43,603 nucleotides of DNA from Rhizaria sp. SCN 62-66 (lineage: Eukaryota): assembly GCA_001724265.1 (NCBI GenBank), contig MEDY01000261.1:1-43603 (forward strand), written 5' to 3'. The translations under genes and the position numbers were made by a program. The notes under the pieces are model-generated. The model worked only from the letters and a program-made list of their open reading frames with translations, did no database searches and was not told where the DNA came from. Positions within the stretch are counted from its first letter, which is position 1; each line of letters starts with the position of its first letter. Shown here piece after piece: positions 25,001 to 37,157 of the stretch.

Positions 25001-25473
25001 GCATTGGCTCTCGAACGCGTCGCGCGCGCGCCGAGTTCGTGGTTGACATCACCGCTGCGATGACGATCGAGGAGCTGAAGCTGACGCTTATGACGCACAC
25101 GGAGCTCTCGCCCGCCGAGCAGGCCGTGTTCTTCCGCGGCGAGCGGCTGCGCGACCGGCCTGTGCGCTCGCTCGGTGAGGCCGGGCTGTTCGACGGCGCG
25201 GTCGTCTACATCGCACAGTCGCTGTACGCTCTCGACGACTACTCCGGCTCGCATAAGGGCGCCGAGTCGGAACGCGGCGGCGGCGATGCGGGGTTTGGCG
25301 GCTCCGTCTTCGGCGGCGGTGGGGGCGCTGACAAGAAGGCTGACGCTACGAACGGCCAGTCAGAGGCAGTGACGAGTGAGGGCGAGTGCGGCTTCACAGT
25401 CGAGTGCCCCGGGTGTGAAACACCCAACGCGATCGAGCGCGCGTCATGCAAGGCGTGTGGCATGCGATTTTGA
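14967..25473 (+). CDS. USP48: USP48/UBP26-like ubiquitin-specific protease, ~3406 aa, 3 exons (14967-17165, 17325-17680, 17808-25473)
   Basis: N-terminal HPNC; Cys box GVANLGATCYMSAVLQCL; QQDAQ|EF across intron 1; CATC/CSSC zinc ribbon; LERFAFD; His box YELFAIVTHKGQSASHGHYTADI..WWNMND; AYMLFYR; three DUSP-like segments ending LCPHG/QCPHG/LCAHG; C-terminal UBL then ERG...GFGGSVF; stop TGA. Confidence 0.85.
16500..16541 (+). repeat. (AGC)14 coding microsatellite, poly-Ser
   Basis: Perfect AGC x14 in USP exon 1. Confidence 0.95.
17166..17324 (+). other. Spliceosomal intron 1 of USP gene (159 nt, phase 0)
   Basis: CAG|GTACGC...CTTTAG|GAG; AT-rich; restores QQDAQEF. Confidence 0.94.
17681..17807 (+). 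other. Spliceosomal intron 2 of USP gene (127 nt, phase 2)
   Basis: CCAG|GTACGT...CCATAG|G; AT-rich; phases are compatible with the 2562-aa downstream ORF. Confidence 0.88.
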
Positions 25474-25694
25474 CTTTCTCGTTTCACAGATTAGACAGTC
25501 CGATAATATTTAACCAAGAGGAATCAAGTTTACATTAGTTTTTATTTATCTTGATACGTAGCCAACGAATACAAATGAATAGTGCGTTGTATTAACTTAA
25601 TGCTAATATATTTAATAAATCGTAGTCTATAGTAACTCAGCTTTGTAACATGGTAGTTCTTGCTTATAAAATGAAATATTTTGCAGTTGATATT

Positions 25695-28600
25695 TTAGAT
25701 GAACTTTTGAGCAGACTGTGAGCCCTTACTCTGCACAGCCTGGCGCTGCCTTTCAAGCGTCTTGATCTTCCTCTGTGCTTCGCGACCCGTTGCCGAAGTC
25801 GCCTTTGCCCACTCCAGTGCTTCCGCAGCCGATGACACGGATCCACCGTCGGGCAAGTATTCGGCGGCCCCGCGCACGCCTGCACGCAGCGCGAGAGTGC
25901 GCAGTTTGCGTGTGAGCGCAGTGGCAATGCGGCCTTCGCGTGACTGCACCGCGTCCCAGTCGGAGGCGTCCAGCCACAGCTGCTCATCGGCCGGCGCCGC
26001 CGCCACGCCGACCACAGCGGCTGCACCGACGGGCATCACGGCCGCAGCAGGCACTGCGGACCGCCGCGCCGCCGCAGCAGACGCGCTCGTCGATGCAGCG
26101 TTCGCGGCGGCAGCAGCAGCAGCCGCACTAAATCCGCGCGCACCACTCGCCGGCGTGCGCACTGGGCCACCGAGCACGCCTGCACTCGCAGCTGCGTTGC
26201 TGGCGGCGTTGGCGTTAGTGCCTGCAGCGTCAGCGAGCAAGAAAAGACTATCCTCCTGCCGGCCGCCCCACTCCTTGGGGTCGACGCCGACACCGCGAGC
26301 GCGCAGCTTGGCGGCGGCCTGACGCATCTGCTGGATCTGCTTCTGCTGCGCCGACGTCTGTCGCGCGGCGTGCTGATCCTGCGCAAAGAGCCGCATCCCG
26401 GGCACGGGCGCCTCTTCTTCCTCGGTCGCGTTGATGCACCGCACCGGCGCTGCCGCGGCGTCGAGTGTCGCGCCCCAGTGGCTGCTCAGTCCGCGCGCGA
26501 CCGCGGGGTCGAGCCGCATCGGCCCGCCGCCGCGGTGCGACGTGATGCGCGGGGACTCGTCGTCGTCGTTGTCACCATCGTTCGCTGCACCGCGGCCGCG
26601 ACCACGGGCGCGCGTAGGGGCGAGCTAGGCCGCGACTACGCCGCGCATGCGCTCGACCATCGCGGTGACAGCAAGTCGGCGCTGTGCAGTTGCCGCGGCA
26701 GACGTCACAGTGGCGCTCGAGGCAGCACCCTCAGAGCCGGCGAATGCGACTGAGGGCGGGACAGAGAGTGCAGCGCGGCCATGCGTGGGCGACAGCGGCA
26801 GCGCGACAGTAAGACCAGAGTTCGCAGCCGTAATTGCATCAGCCCCGTCAAGAGCCTCCGTCTTCACTGTGACGGATCTAGTCGCGGCATCAGATTGCGG
26901 CTCACCGAAGAGAGCAGCGGAAGAAGCCGAGGGCGAGTGAGTATGACTGGGAGCTCGATGAACCTTCGGCGGAGCCAGGGTCTTGCTCGCGTTCTTGTCC
27001 CTGAGCACCTCGCCGTTTCCGTCGTCGCCACCATCATCACCAGCACCATCGTAGTCGTTGCCTTTTTCGTCGTCTTCGTTGTCATCGTCCTCCTCCTGAG
27101 TCACCACACTAGTTCTGAACACCATCACTGCGTCCGCCGCGGCAGCCTCTGCGGCAGCGCGCGCCTCCGCCCGAGCTGCCGCCTGCGCAGCAGCGTAGTT
27201 GGGGTCCTGCGCGCGCTCACGCGCACGAGATCGCGCACCGAGCTTGTCGCGCTTTGCGCGCTCGCGCTCCTTGCGCAAGCGCTCAGCCGCGGCCTCAGCG
27301 CTCTCAGTCGCCGCACCACCGGGGCCCGCGCGCGCGCCACCGCCCATCGCGGCCGCCGTCGCAGCGGCCACAGCTGCATGTAGCGAGCCCAGTCCACCCG
27401 CGTGCGCCGCGCCACCGCCGTGCGCGGCAGCGGCTGCCGCGTGCGCCTTGGCTGCGGCCGCAGCAGCAGTCAACGCGGCAACGACAGCGTCCGCCGAAGG
27501 CAGCTGCTGTTGGCCCGCAACGTTTGCCCCCGCGCCAGCGCGCTGCTGCGATGCCTGCTGCTGCAATTGTTGTTGCTGCGGCAGGAATCCGCTCGCGCCG
27601 ACGTCGATCGGTGTGCCGTCACCGCGCGCCACAACCCTGGACTTGGTCTCGCCCATGTAAGTCGCAATGGGACGCGCGTTGCCGTCGGCATCGGCCTCAA
27701 CAGCGTCGGCGTCCGTTGCAAGCGAGCGGAAGATCTGGGCCAGCGCCTGCAGGTCCGCGGACAACAGACCGCGCTGTTGCCGCGCAGCAGCGAGGCGTGC
27801 GCGCGCGGCATCCAGCTCCACGTTGAGCCGGATGGCGTCGCCATCGCAAGTCTCGGCCTCGAGCAGCAGCAGCGAGCGCGGGGATGTGTTCGCGTCTGCG
27901 GTATCGGGCCGCGCTCTCTCAGCCCCCTCCTCGTCCTCTGCATCCGCACCTGTGTCAGCCCCAGGAGCAGGAGCAACAGATGATCTGGGCGAGAAGGAAG
28001 GCTTCCCGTCAGCGTCCTGATGAGAGTCAGCAGCAGAGTCGTCGGTCCCACGCAGCCTGCGCTGCCAAGCACCGCGCTGCTCCTGCTCCAGCTCAGCCAC
28101 CTTAGCCCTCGCGGCGGCGGCCCCAGCGCGCGCGGCGGCGATCTTGGCAACTGCCGCGGCCTCCCGGGCCGCGTCTGCGTCGACGGCCGCGGTGAGCACT
28201 GCGACGCGCTCGAGCCCGCGCACGAGCAGCACCATCACGCGCGTGGACCGCTGGGCCGGCAGCGCGCGCAGCAGGTGGCGCACGCGCAGCGTCAGCTCGG
28301 CTGCGGCCACGACGTCGCCTGCATCGGCGCGCGCGCGGAGTGTATCGATCTCGCGCAGCGTCGTCGCGGCAACGCTCTCGTCTCCGCCCGCGCTCGCGGT
28401 GCCGCGAGACGAGGCGGCCAAAGCGTCAGCGTCGGCGTCACTGGGCGCAGTGGCCAGCAACGCGGGCAGCCAGTGGCGCTGCATCGGCGACGGCTCGGCG
28501 GGCAGTTTCGCGCCCTCCACGGTGCCCGCCAGCGCCGAAATCGCACCCGCGGTGGGCGTGAACCCGGCGTGGAAGGACGTCGAGGGCGACATCGGCCCCA

Positions 28601-31600
28601 TCGCGGGCTCATTCAGCCCGGCAGCGGTTGCAGCCGCCGCGGCCGACGAGGAGACGACGACGGCGGCCGGCGCGCGCGACGGGTACATCAGCTGCAGCGA
28701 GCGCACCTGCGGGCGCGCAAGCGCGGCCGCGGCGGCGGGGCCTAGCGTCGCGATGTCGGTCGCAGTCGAGGACGCCCACGGCAGCGGCTCGGTCCCCGAG
28801 GCTGCACGCGGGCGCAGCCGGGCTGACGCGCCCGAGCCAGTAGCGTTGCTGCCTGCGCCAGGGACGACCAGTCCGAGGCCGAGCCCGCCGGCGGGTGCGG
28901 CGCCGGCGAGCGTGCTGGTGCCCGGCCGCGATGAGTCGATGTACAGCGGCACGGTCGTGAGGTCGCTCGTGCGCGGCCGCGAGAGCGAGTGCGACGACTG
29001 GAGCCGCCCATCGCCGCCCGCGGAGCCTGTGCGCGGCGTGGCGCCCCCGCGCGGAGTCCCGTTGCGGCGGCCGTTGGGCGTGCGCGGCGTGGCGATGCTG
29101 GCGCGGTCACCGGCGGCTCCAGAAGCAGCGGTGGCGTCGCCCTTGCCGCCCGGCGTGTAACCGAGCGAAAACACGGAGAGTTGCGCCAACAGAGCGGCCA
29201 CCTTCTCTGGGTCGGAGAGGTCGACGCCGCCACGGCCGCCCGCGCCGTTGTTGTTGCCGTTGCCGCTTTGACTGGTGGACGAAGAGGCCCAGCCCATTCC
29301 ATCGAGCTCCGCCTCGCGCCGGCGCTGCCGCTCGCGCTCAGCCTCAGCAGCGCGCGCGCTTTGCAGCCGCAGCGCTTGCGCATCCTTGGCACTCATCGCG
29401 CTTGCAGCAACCGCGTTCGCAGCCGCAGCGGCTGCCGCACTCTCTGAGCCTTCACTGTCTTCCGCAGCGGACTTCGAGAACTTCGCAACAGCGACATGCG
29501 AATTGGTTTGGTTTTCACGGAGAAGCTCTGCGATGGACTCGCGCGCCGCCTCTGTATCAACGTCAGCGCCAGTCTGCGCCTCAGCAGCGCGCAGAGCAGC
29601 GCGCGCCTGCACGAGCTCTGCAAGCTCATTTTCTGCAGCTTCGCGGCGCGCGCGGATACCCGCGAGTCGCTGCCGCAGCGCCGTAAGTTCCGCTGCGGCC
29701 TCTGCCCGTGCAGCGCGCCTCGGGCGCCCAGTCAGCCCTGCCGCAGCGGCGACGGCGGCAGCGCTCTTGCGCGCAGCAGCGGGCAGTTCAACAACACCGC
29801 GCGCGCGGCGCGAGACGGCCGCCCCGCCCGAGAGCGCGGCGACGGCGGCGGAGGAGATGCGCTCGGCCTCGTCAAAGCCCTTGCCGCCCGCGCCGGAGAG
29901 CTTGAATGCGCTGCCGACCCAACGCGACTTGTCACTGCGCCGCGCCAGGAGCCCGAGACCCATCGCCGCGCCGCCACCGCCGGTGGTCGCAGCGCTGGCC
30001 GAGCCGCCGGCCGCGCCGCCACCCGCGCCGCCGCCGCTGGCGCCCCCCTCGGCCATGCGCAGCGCGTCGCGACGCACGGCGGCGAAGGTCGAGCTGCGCG
30101 TCGGGAGCGCCTCGACCACTGCGACGAGCGGGCCCAGGCCAGCGGAGCGCATCGCACGCACGCGCGCGCGCGCACCGGCGTCCTGAGTCAGGTCTGACCT
30201 CGCGCCGCTGACGCGCTGCGCAGCGCTCTGCTGCTGTTCGGCAGGCGCGGCCGTCGCGTTCGTCGCCGCAGAGTGCATGCGCGAAAGCACGTGCGGCTGC
30301 GGCGCGGTCGGGCGGCCGGGCCGCACGTCCGGGAAGGCCGGCAGCGAGAGCGCAGCGGCGGCGTGCGACAGCGTGCGGTCCGCCGCGAGCGCCCGCGTGA
30401 TGTAGTGTTGCGCGCGGTTGCTCAATAGCGCCAGGAAGCGCGCCGCGGCCGCGCGCTCGGTGTCGACGCGGGACGTCCAGCCCAACGCAGCCAGCGTCGC
30501 AGCGGCCGCCGCTTCGCCAGCCGCGGCGTTCGACGCAGCAGCGACTTCGCCGTTAGTATCATTCGCCACTGACTCCGGCACCGCAGTGGTGTGGCCGTGA
30601 CCGTCGGGGGCGTTGGCTTCGGCTTCAGGCAGCAGCACGGGCCGGTCGAGGAACGGGATCGCGTACGGCACCGTAAACAGCGGCTGCTTGGGCGCAACCG
30701 AGGCCAGAATGCCCGTCGCCTGCGCCGCAAGCACGCCCGCGTTGGCGTCCGCCGCCGCGCTGGCCGCGGCCCTGCGGGTGCGCGCCGTGCGCACCGCCGC
30801 CGTCTCGCTGCGCGCCTGGACCGCGAACTCGCTCGCGTCGCGCGCGCGCCGCGTCGCAAGGTCGCGCGCCGTCGCCGCGGAGCCCAGTGCGCCCGTCGCC
30901 GACATCGCTGCAGTACCAGTCGCGGTTCCGGACATCTGCGTCCCGGACGGGTTGCCGAGAGTGCTCATGGAAGCCGAGCTGTGCAGCAGAGTGGAGGCCG
31001 TTGCCTCGGCCGCGGCGGTGCGCAGGCGCGCGAGCGGGTCTGTGAAGTGCAGCTGCGGCGGTGGCACGGCAAAGGCAGCCACGGAGCGCGCGCTGACTGA
31101 CTCGAGCCTTTCATCAACGCCACCATGACCGCTACTGGCGTCGGTGCGCATGTAGAAGGGCTCGTTCGCAGCCTCAGCTGCGGCAACGGCGGCGGCGGCG
31201 GCGCGGGCCCGGTTGCGCACGCGGCGCGCCGCGGCAGCGCGTGCGCTCGCGGCGGTAGCGGACTCGACGGCAGCGTTGTGCTGTCCGCCGCGCCCGGTGT
31301 GTTGGTGGCGCACGCGCGCAGAGGCGCTGCCAACGCCGGCCGTGTTCGATTTAAACGCAGAGCGGTCCAGGACGGTCGCAGCAGCCAGCGCAGCCGCGGC
31401 AGCGGAGGAGGTACCGGACGCAGACGCCGCGCCCTCAGCCCCGTCCGCAGATGCACTGAGCGCCGCGTCGTCTTCGTCGTCCTCGGTCGCCGCGAGCTTC
31501 ACGTCGCGCCGCGCACCGCCGTAGAACAGCACGTCCGCAGCCGAGGCGGGCGCGCCGCCGGACTTGAGCTGCGCAGCGGCCCACGGTGCCCAGTCCCCCG

Positions 31601-34600
31601 ACTCGGCGAAGAGCGGGTCTGCCGCGGCCCAGTCGGGCAGCGGGCCGCCGCTCAGACGCGCGCCGCTTCGGCCACCAACAGCGACACTGTTCGTGCTCTT
31701 GTTCATATTCGCGTCGGCGCTCGCAGAGCTACTTGTGGCAAGGCTTTGCGAGCGCTCGAGCACGAAGCGGCGGCCGATGGGCGGCGGAGAGTCGCTGCCG
31801 CTATCGCGATCCTGGTCGCCCTCGCTGTTGATGTTCGCGGCCGCGCTGCCAGAGGTGGCGTTGATCCAAGCGGACACGGTCTCGCGGTAGCCGGTCACGC
31901 CGGGCGGCGGCGCGGGCAGCGCGGGCATTTCCAGCTCCAGCTCTATCTCAGCAGACGCGGCAGCAACAGGCGCAATTGAAGTTGCAGCAGAGTCAGAGAT
32001 TGTGTGCTGCTCAGCGTCATCGGGCTGTGTTATGACAGCATCATCGGTTTCAGTGCCGTTAGCATTGCAACTAACGGTGTCGCCGTCAGTGATGGCGGCG
32101 GCGTCAACGTCGGCCGCTGCGGCTGAGATAGTCTCGCCAGATTCAGCTACAGCCTCAGTCTCAACTTCTTCGTTCTCACCAGCTTCAGCAGCCGCGGCGG
32201 CAGCAACGGCGGCCTCTGCTGCGGCGTTATGCGCAGCGTCAAGTGCCTCGAGCCGCGCAAACTCAGCCTCCATCCACCGGTCTTCCTCGTCTTGCTGCTG
32301 CTGCCGCTGATCAGCAGTGAGTGCGCGCGGACTGCCTGCAGCGGCTGCCGAAACAGCGTCGCCCGCGTTCTCATCGCTGTTACCAGCGGCTGCAGCACTG
32401 TTGCGGCGCGAGGCGGCGGTACTGCTGGCCCGACTACCCTTCGTGCTCTTGTTGTTTGTATTAGCGGCCAGGTCTGTCGTTGACGGAGGGTTGCTCAAGC
32501 CGCGCTTCTTCGGCGTTGCCTTGTTGCTCGAGCTCTCGCTGACAGCGGTAGGACTGCTAGCCTTGCTCTTTGAGCCTGCGCTCGTGCTTGCTTTAGCATC
32601 GGGGGCATCATCGTCGTCATCCGCTTCCTCTTCCCCTTCGACGATCGCTCCCATCGACCGAGCGCCAGCGTGCTTCTGCTTCTGCTGCTCTTGTTGCTGC
32701 GGTTGCATCTCCTCGCAGCTCGCGTCTTCCGCGTCGTCCTGCGGCGTCACTAGCCCGGCCCGTGCCCCGCTCGCGCTGCCCGCGTAACCGTGGCCGTGCC
32801 CGCGGCCGCTGTCGCCCGCGTGTGCGAGCGCGCGCTCCGCCCGGAGGAAGCCCTCGACCTGGCCCAGCCGGTGTTGCGCGCCAAGCCTGCGCCAGATGAT
32901 CGCTTCCACGGTCTGCATGAACCCGTCGTACGCCGCCTTGGACGCGCGCAGCGCGCGCATGCGGGCCTCCACGCGCTCGCGGGCGCCGCGCGCACCCAGG
33001 GCCCCGCCGCCGCCTACCGCACCGGCGCCAGAGGGACCAGAGCCGGTCGCTGTAGCCAGAGCGAACCCCGTGTTACCGGTGCTTACAAGCGAGTCCGCAG
33101 CAAGCGCGCTCGCGCTGCTGCTGCTGCTGCTGCTACCGTCATCAGCGTGAGTGCGAGTCGCTGCCTCGCTGCTAGAACCGCGCTGCGCCGAAGCAGTCGC
33201 GCCCTCGGGCCTGCGCTTGGCGCCCCTGCCCCCGTTCACCGGCGGCACGGCCTCCACGGTGAGCTGCACCACCACGGTGCTGCCCAGCGCGCCGCCCGCC
33301 GAAGCTGCCAGCGCGAAGAACAGCGCACCGGGCAGCGCGAACGCGGGGTGGTTCGCCGGCAGCGTCAGCGCGCCGCTCGCCACCGTGCCCGCGGCCGCGA
33401 CGACCGCAGCCAGCGCCGGCGCCGCCGCGGCAGCAGTGCCCACAGCGTCAGCGCCACTCGCGGCGGGCATAGTCGGCGAGGCAGTGTTGGCGTTGGCGGA
33501 TGGGGACGCGGAGCCGGGCACAGAGGCGCGGAAAGACCATGGCGCGCGCGCCCGCCTCGGGTGCGGCGCGTCCCTGTCAGCACACACGCTCACGGTCATC
33601 CCCGCCAGAGCCTCCGTGGCCGCCGCCACCGCCGCGGCCGTCGACGACGACGACGACGAGTGGCCGTGGGCGCCGTTTGCGGCCTGCGCGAGGGCGGGCG
33701 GCGCAAGAATGGCGGCCTTGAGCTTGAGCGGCGCGTTGGCGAGCCCAGGCAGCTGGACGCTGGCGTACGCCGTGCCGCCGCGCGGGACAGACACGCGCGC
33801 GGTCCACTTAGTCGCGCCCGGGACACTTACTCCGCCAGCGCCGTGCTGCGCGGCCAGAGCCCCGGCGGCGGCGGCGGCGGCGGCGGCGCTGGCGGCCGGG
33901 ACGAGGACGACGTGCTTGGGCTTGTTCGCGGCGTTGGCTTCAACAATACCGCCAACACTGCCAGCGCCACCGAAGCCGCTTTGACCCGGCGAACCGAATG
34001 GAGAAGAGAAGCCGCCGTGGTAGCCGTGGCGGCCGCGGCGCGCGCCGCCGTAGCCGTCACCGCCCTCATAGTCATCGTCGTCGTCATCGTCGTCGCTGTC
34101 GTCATCATAGTCGTTGCTGTCATCGACGTCATCGTCGTCTTCGTCATCCCCGTCGCCGTGATGCTGGTCCCAGTCCCCGCCGTCGCGCCTGCCGCGCCGG
34201 GACGCGGCCACGGCAGCCGCCGCGGCGGCCGCGCCCGCCATGCTGCTCTGGTGGCTAGCCATGTCCTGCGTGACAACGTCGACGGCGCGCATCAGCGCCG
34301 CAAACCGCTGCGCCCTTGCCCACGCGGCCTCGGGCGCAATGTCCGTGCTGCTAAAGCCCGCAGCGGCGGGCAGCGGCTGCAGTTGCGCCGCGAGCAAGCC
34401 CGGCGCGGGCACTGTAGCTGTGGCTGCTGCTGCGGCAGCGCCCGCAGTTGAAGTCGTAGTCGCAGTGGCCACCGCGCCCGCGCTCGTGACTGAGGCAGAC
34501 GGGGCCGTGAGGGCCGAGGGGGAGAGGACTGCGCCCGTCGCGGCGCCGGCGTTGCTGTCTGAGATGTTGCTCTTGTTCTTGCTGTTGTCCTCGAGACGAG

Positions 34601-36206
34601 AGGAGGCGCGAGACTGTGGCTTCTGCGACTGCAGCTGCTGAGCGCCGCTGTCAGTGGCCTTGTCGCGCCCGCCTAGAGCAGCCGCAACGGCCACGGCAGC
34701 GCCCGCAATCACGCGATCGCCCTCGTCATCGTCGTCGTCATCGTCACCATTGACTGCACCGCTGCCCTCACTCTTGCCGTTACTAGCGGAGATGTCGACG
34801 TTGACTGGCGGCACGGCGACGTTCGCGGCCTCAGCTGCCTGCTTGACGTCGAACTCCACAGCGGGCACGACCTGCTCCAGCGCGCGCAGCTGCTCCGCGC
34901 CGCGCTCCCACTGCGCGCGGAGCCGCTGCACGTACCCCACGGCCGCCGCGCGTTGCGCCGGGTCCGCCAACGCGGGGATCTGCGCGCGCGCGTGCGCCGC
35001 GCGGGCCGTCATGTCGCGCAGAAAGCCCCGCAGGCGATGCAGGTGCGCGGCCAGGTCGTCGCGGCGCGCGGCGTGCAGCGCGAGCCGCACGGCGGGCGCC
35101 TCGGCAGACGCTGATGCCGACAAGGCCGCGGTGGCGGCGCGGGCGGCGGCGGCGGCGGCGGGCGTGGGTGCGGCTAGCAGCGACGCGAAGGCGGCCTCCC
35201 ACTGGCGCAGGCGAATCGACACGGGCGCGGGCAGCCACACCGCGGCGGCCGGGTCGCTCGCCGCCGAGGCCGACGTCGCGGCGGCCGCGGCGAAGGACAG
35301 CGCGTCGAAGGACGACGCGGCCGCCGCGGCGCCTGAGACGGCAGTGGCGTCATCGCCGTTAAGCGCGAGCAGTGGCGCCAAGCTGGCCGCCGCCGCGCCC
35401 TGCCGCGCGCCGCCGCCAACCTTGCTCCCGGCGCCCGCGGCGGCGCCGGCGCTGTTGCGCAGGTGCGGGAGGTAAAGCGGGACGCGGTCCGCGGCGGCGG
35501 CCGAGACTGGCGCGGCCGTGTAGAGCGCGGTGCTAGTAACGCCCGCGGTCGCGGCCGCGCGCGCCTGCTCGAGCAGCTCGCTGGGGAGGTTGGGGAAGGG
35601 CGCCGAGAGCGCGCCGTCGTCGTCGGCCGCCGAGGCCTGCGTGACGCCCAGCACGTGACGCAGATATCCGACGAAGAGGCGGAGCTCGCGGCGCGCCTGC
35701 GACGGCAACAGCAGCGTCTGGTCGGACGAGATGCCACCCACGGCGCGCGCGGGGGGCGCCGACGCCGACGCAAGCGTGCCCGGGGCAGCGCCGGGGCCGC
35801 CGGAGCCCGCTGCGCCTGCGTCAGAGGCCGAGGTAAAGGCGGAGGATGAGGAGGAAGAGGAGGCAGAGAGCGCGGGTAGTGTGGCGGGGTAGGGCTGACG
35901 CGGGTCGATGCCGACGCGCGCGGAAGACGACGACAAGGCGCGAAGTACGCCCGGGTGTGCGCCGTAAGCTGAGACAGTCGGCGGAGCGGCAGGACCATAG
36001 GGGGCGCGGCCAGCGCCAGCGGCAGAGGCGGCTGAAGCAGAGGCAACAGACGAGGACGGCGCGGGCAGGGCGTGCTTGTCGGCTGCAGTGAGGCCGGCGG
36101 CAACGGCGGAGGTACGCGGAACAAAGCCACGCGGGTTGGCGCGGTCAAGCCCGGCGAGACGGGACGAGGTGGCCCCGTGGGGCGCCGCACAGGGGCGTGG
36201 AGGCAT
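25695..36206 (-). CDS. Giant Ala-rich protein of unknown function, ~3503 aa, apparently intronless, internal TAG at codon 3194
   Basis: The 3193-codon ORF stops at TAG (26625), but the frame continues in the same GC-rich coding style (VVAA*LAPTRARG...GGPMRLDP) into ORF 25695-26519, which ends in TAA at the switch to AT-rich sequence. Several coiled-coil-like stretches; no confidently recognised family. Confidence 0.75.
26625..26627 (-). other. In-frame TAG, inferred sense codon (probably Gln)
   Basis: RMRGVVAA*LAPTRARG; 309 further open codons to TAA. Confidence 0.75.
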
Positions 36207-37157
36207 CTCCAGCTGTAGCGGTTATATCACAGCCCAGAAACGGCTGGCTGTTGAGGTGGTAAAAGAAGGCTGGAAGTGAAGTGGGAAAAACAAAAGAGTT
36301 AAGGTAAGTATTTGGAATAAAAACACGCAGTGGCTGTGCGTTTGACGGACATTGGAGGGCGTGGGAAGACATTCTCATAATTAGGGTCAAGCACAGGGGC
36401 CGAAAAAACGAAGCGCCACTCGATTGGGCAAACACCCTCAAGTTTGTTGCCAACCCGCAATTTCAGCTCGATTTGTTCTCGCTAGAAGTGGTGCCACTCG
36501 AAACACGCATGTAAGATCGTTAGAACCATAGTTTATGTATGATTTGGTGATTTACTGCGCGCCATTCACTGGTCCTGTCACCGTGTATTCGCCAATAAGT
36601 TGCAGCCCTTTCGCACGAAAGGCGTTCTTGGATGACGGCTGCGAGGAACTTTAAGAGCTTTTTTTGCCACCGGGCGCGCACTGTTACTTACGAGTTTGAT
36701 TTAATTTTTCTATTTTATATCTGTTTGCATTATTCGCTTGCTACATGCACACTTTGCGCGACATGTCGCCTCAATTACAGCAACTTTATCGTACTCGCTT
36801 CCCTTTGACCCTACTTCCATTCTCTAACTCTGTGCACGCGACATGTTTTCTCCTTCTTGGTATAGCCCCTACTTTTCTTTCCAGCTCGCGTTATTTTCTT
36901 CAACCTGATTTTGGTACCCGCGGTTGAGCTCTTTTCCGCCCGTTTCCGCAGGTCTTCGCTTCCGCCTCGCGCCATCTCATCCTACACTGAGCCGGGCATC
37001 AAACCGTGCGTTGTCGGTCTTTCCGCTCCGATCTCTCGGTACCGGCCTTCGAGACCCCCCGTTTCCCCACCCCAGTCCCCGGTCCGTGCATTGCACTCCC
37101 TGCACACCGCCTGCGCTTCCCCTCCGTTTCGTCCCTGTTGTCTCTCTGTGCCAGTGT
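36207..37157. promoter_or_regulatory. Probable divergent promoter region (giant protein / HTH protein)
   Basis: Head-to-head genes ~950 bp apart with a lower-GC core. Confidence 0.45.

Noticed and set aside
36301-36311. Minus-strand ATACTTACCT matching the 5' end of U1 snRNA
   Set aside because: Downstream sequence is T-rich with no U1 stem-loops. It is simply the complement of a plus-strand AG|GTAAGT donor-like site.
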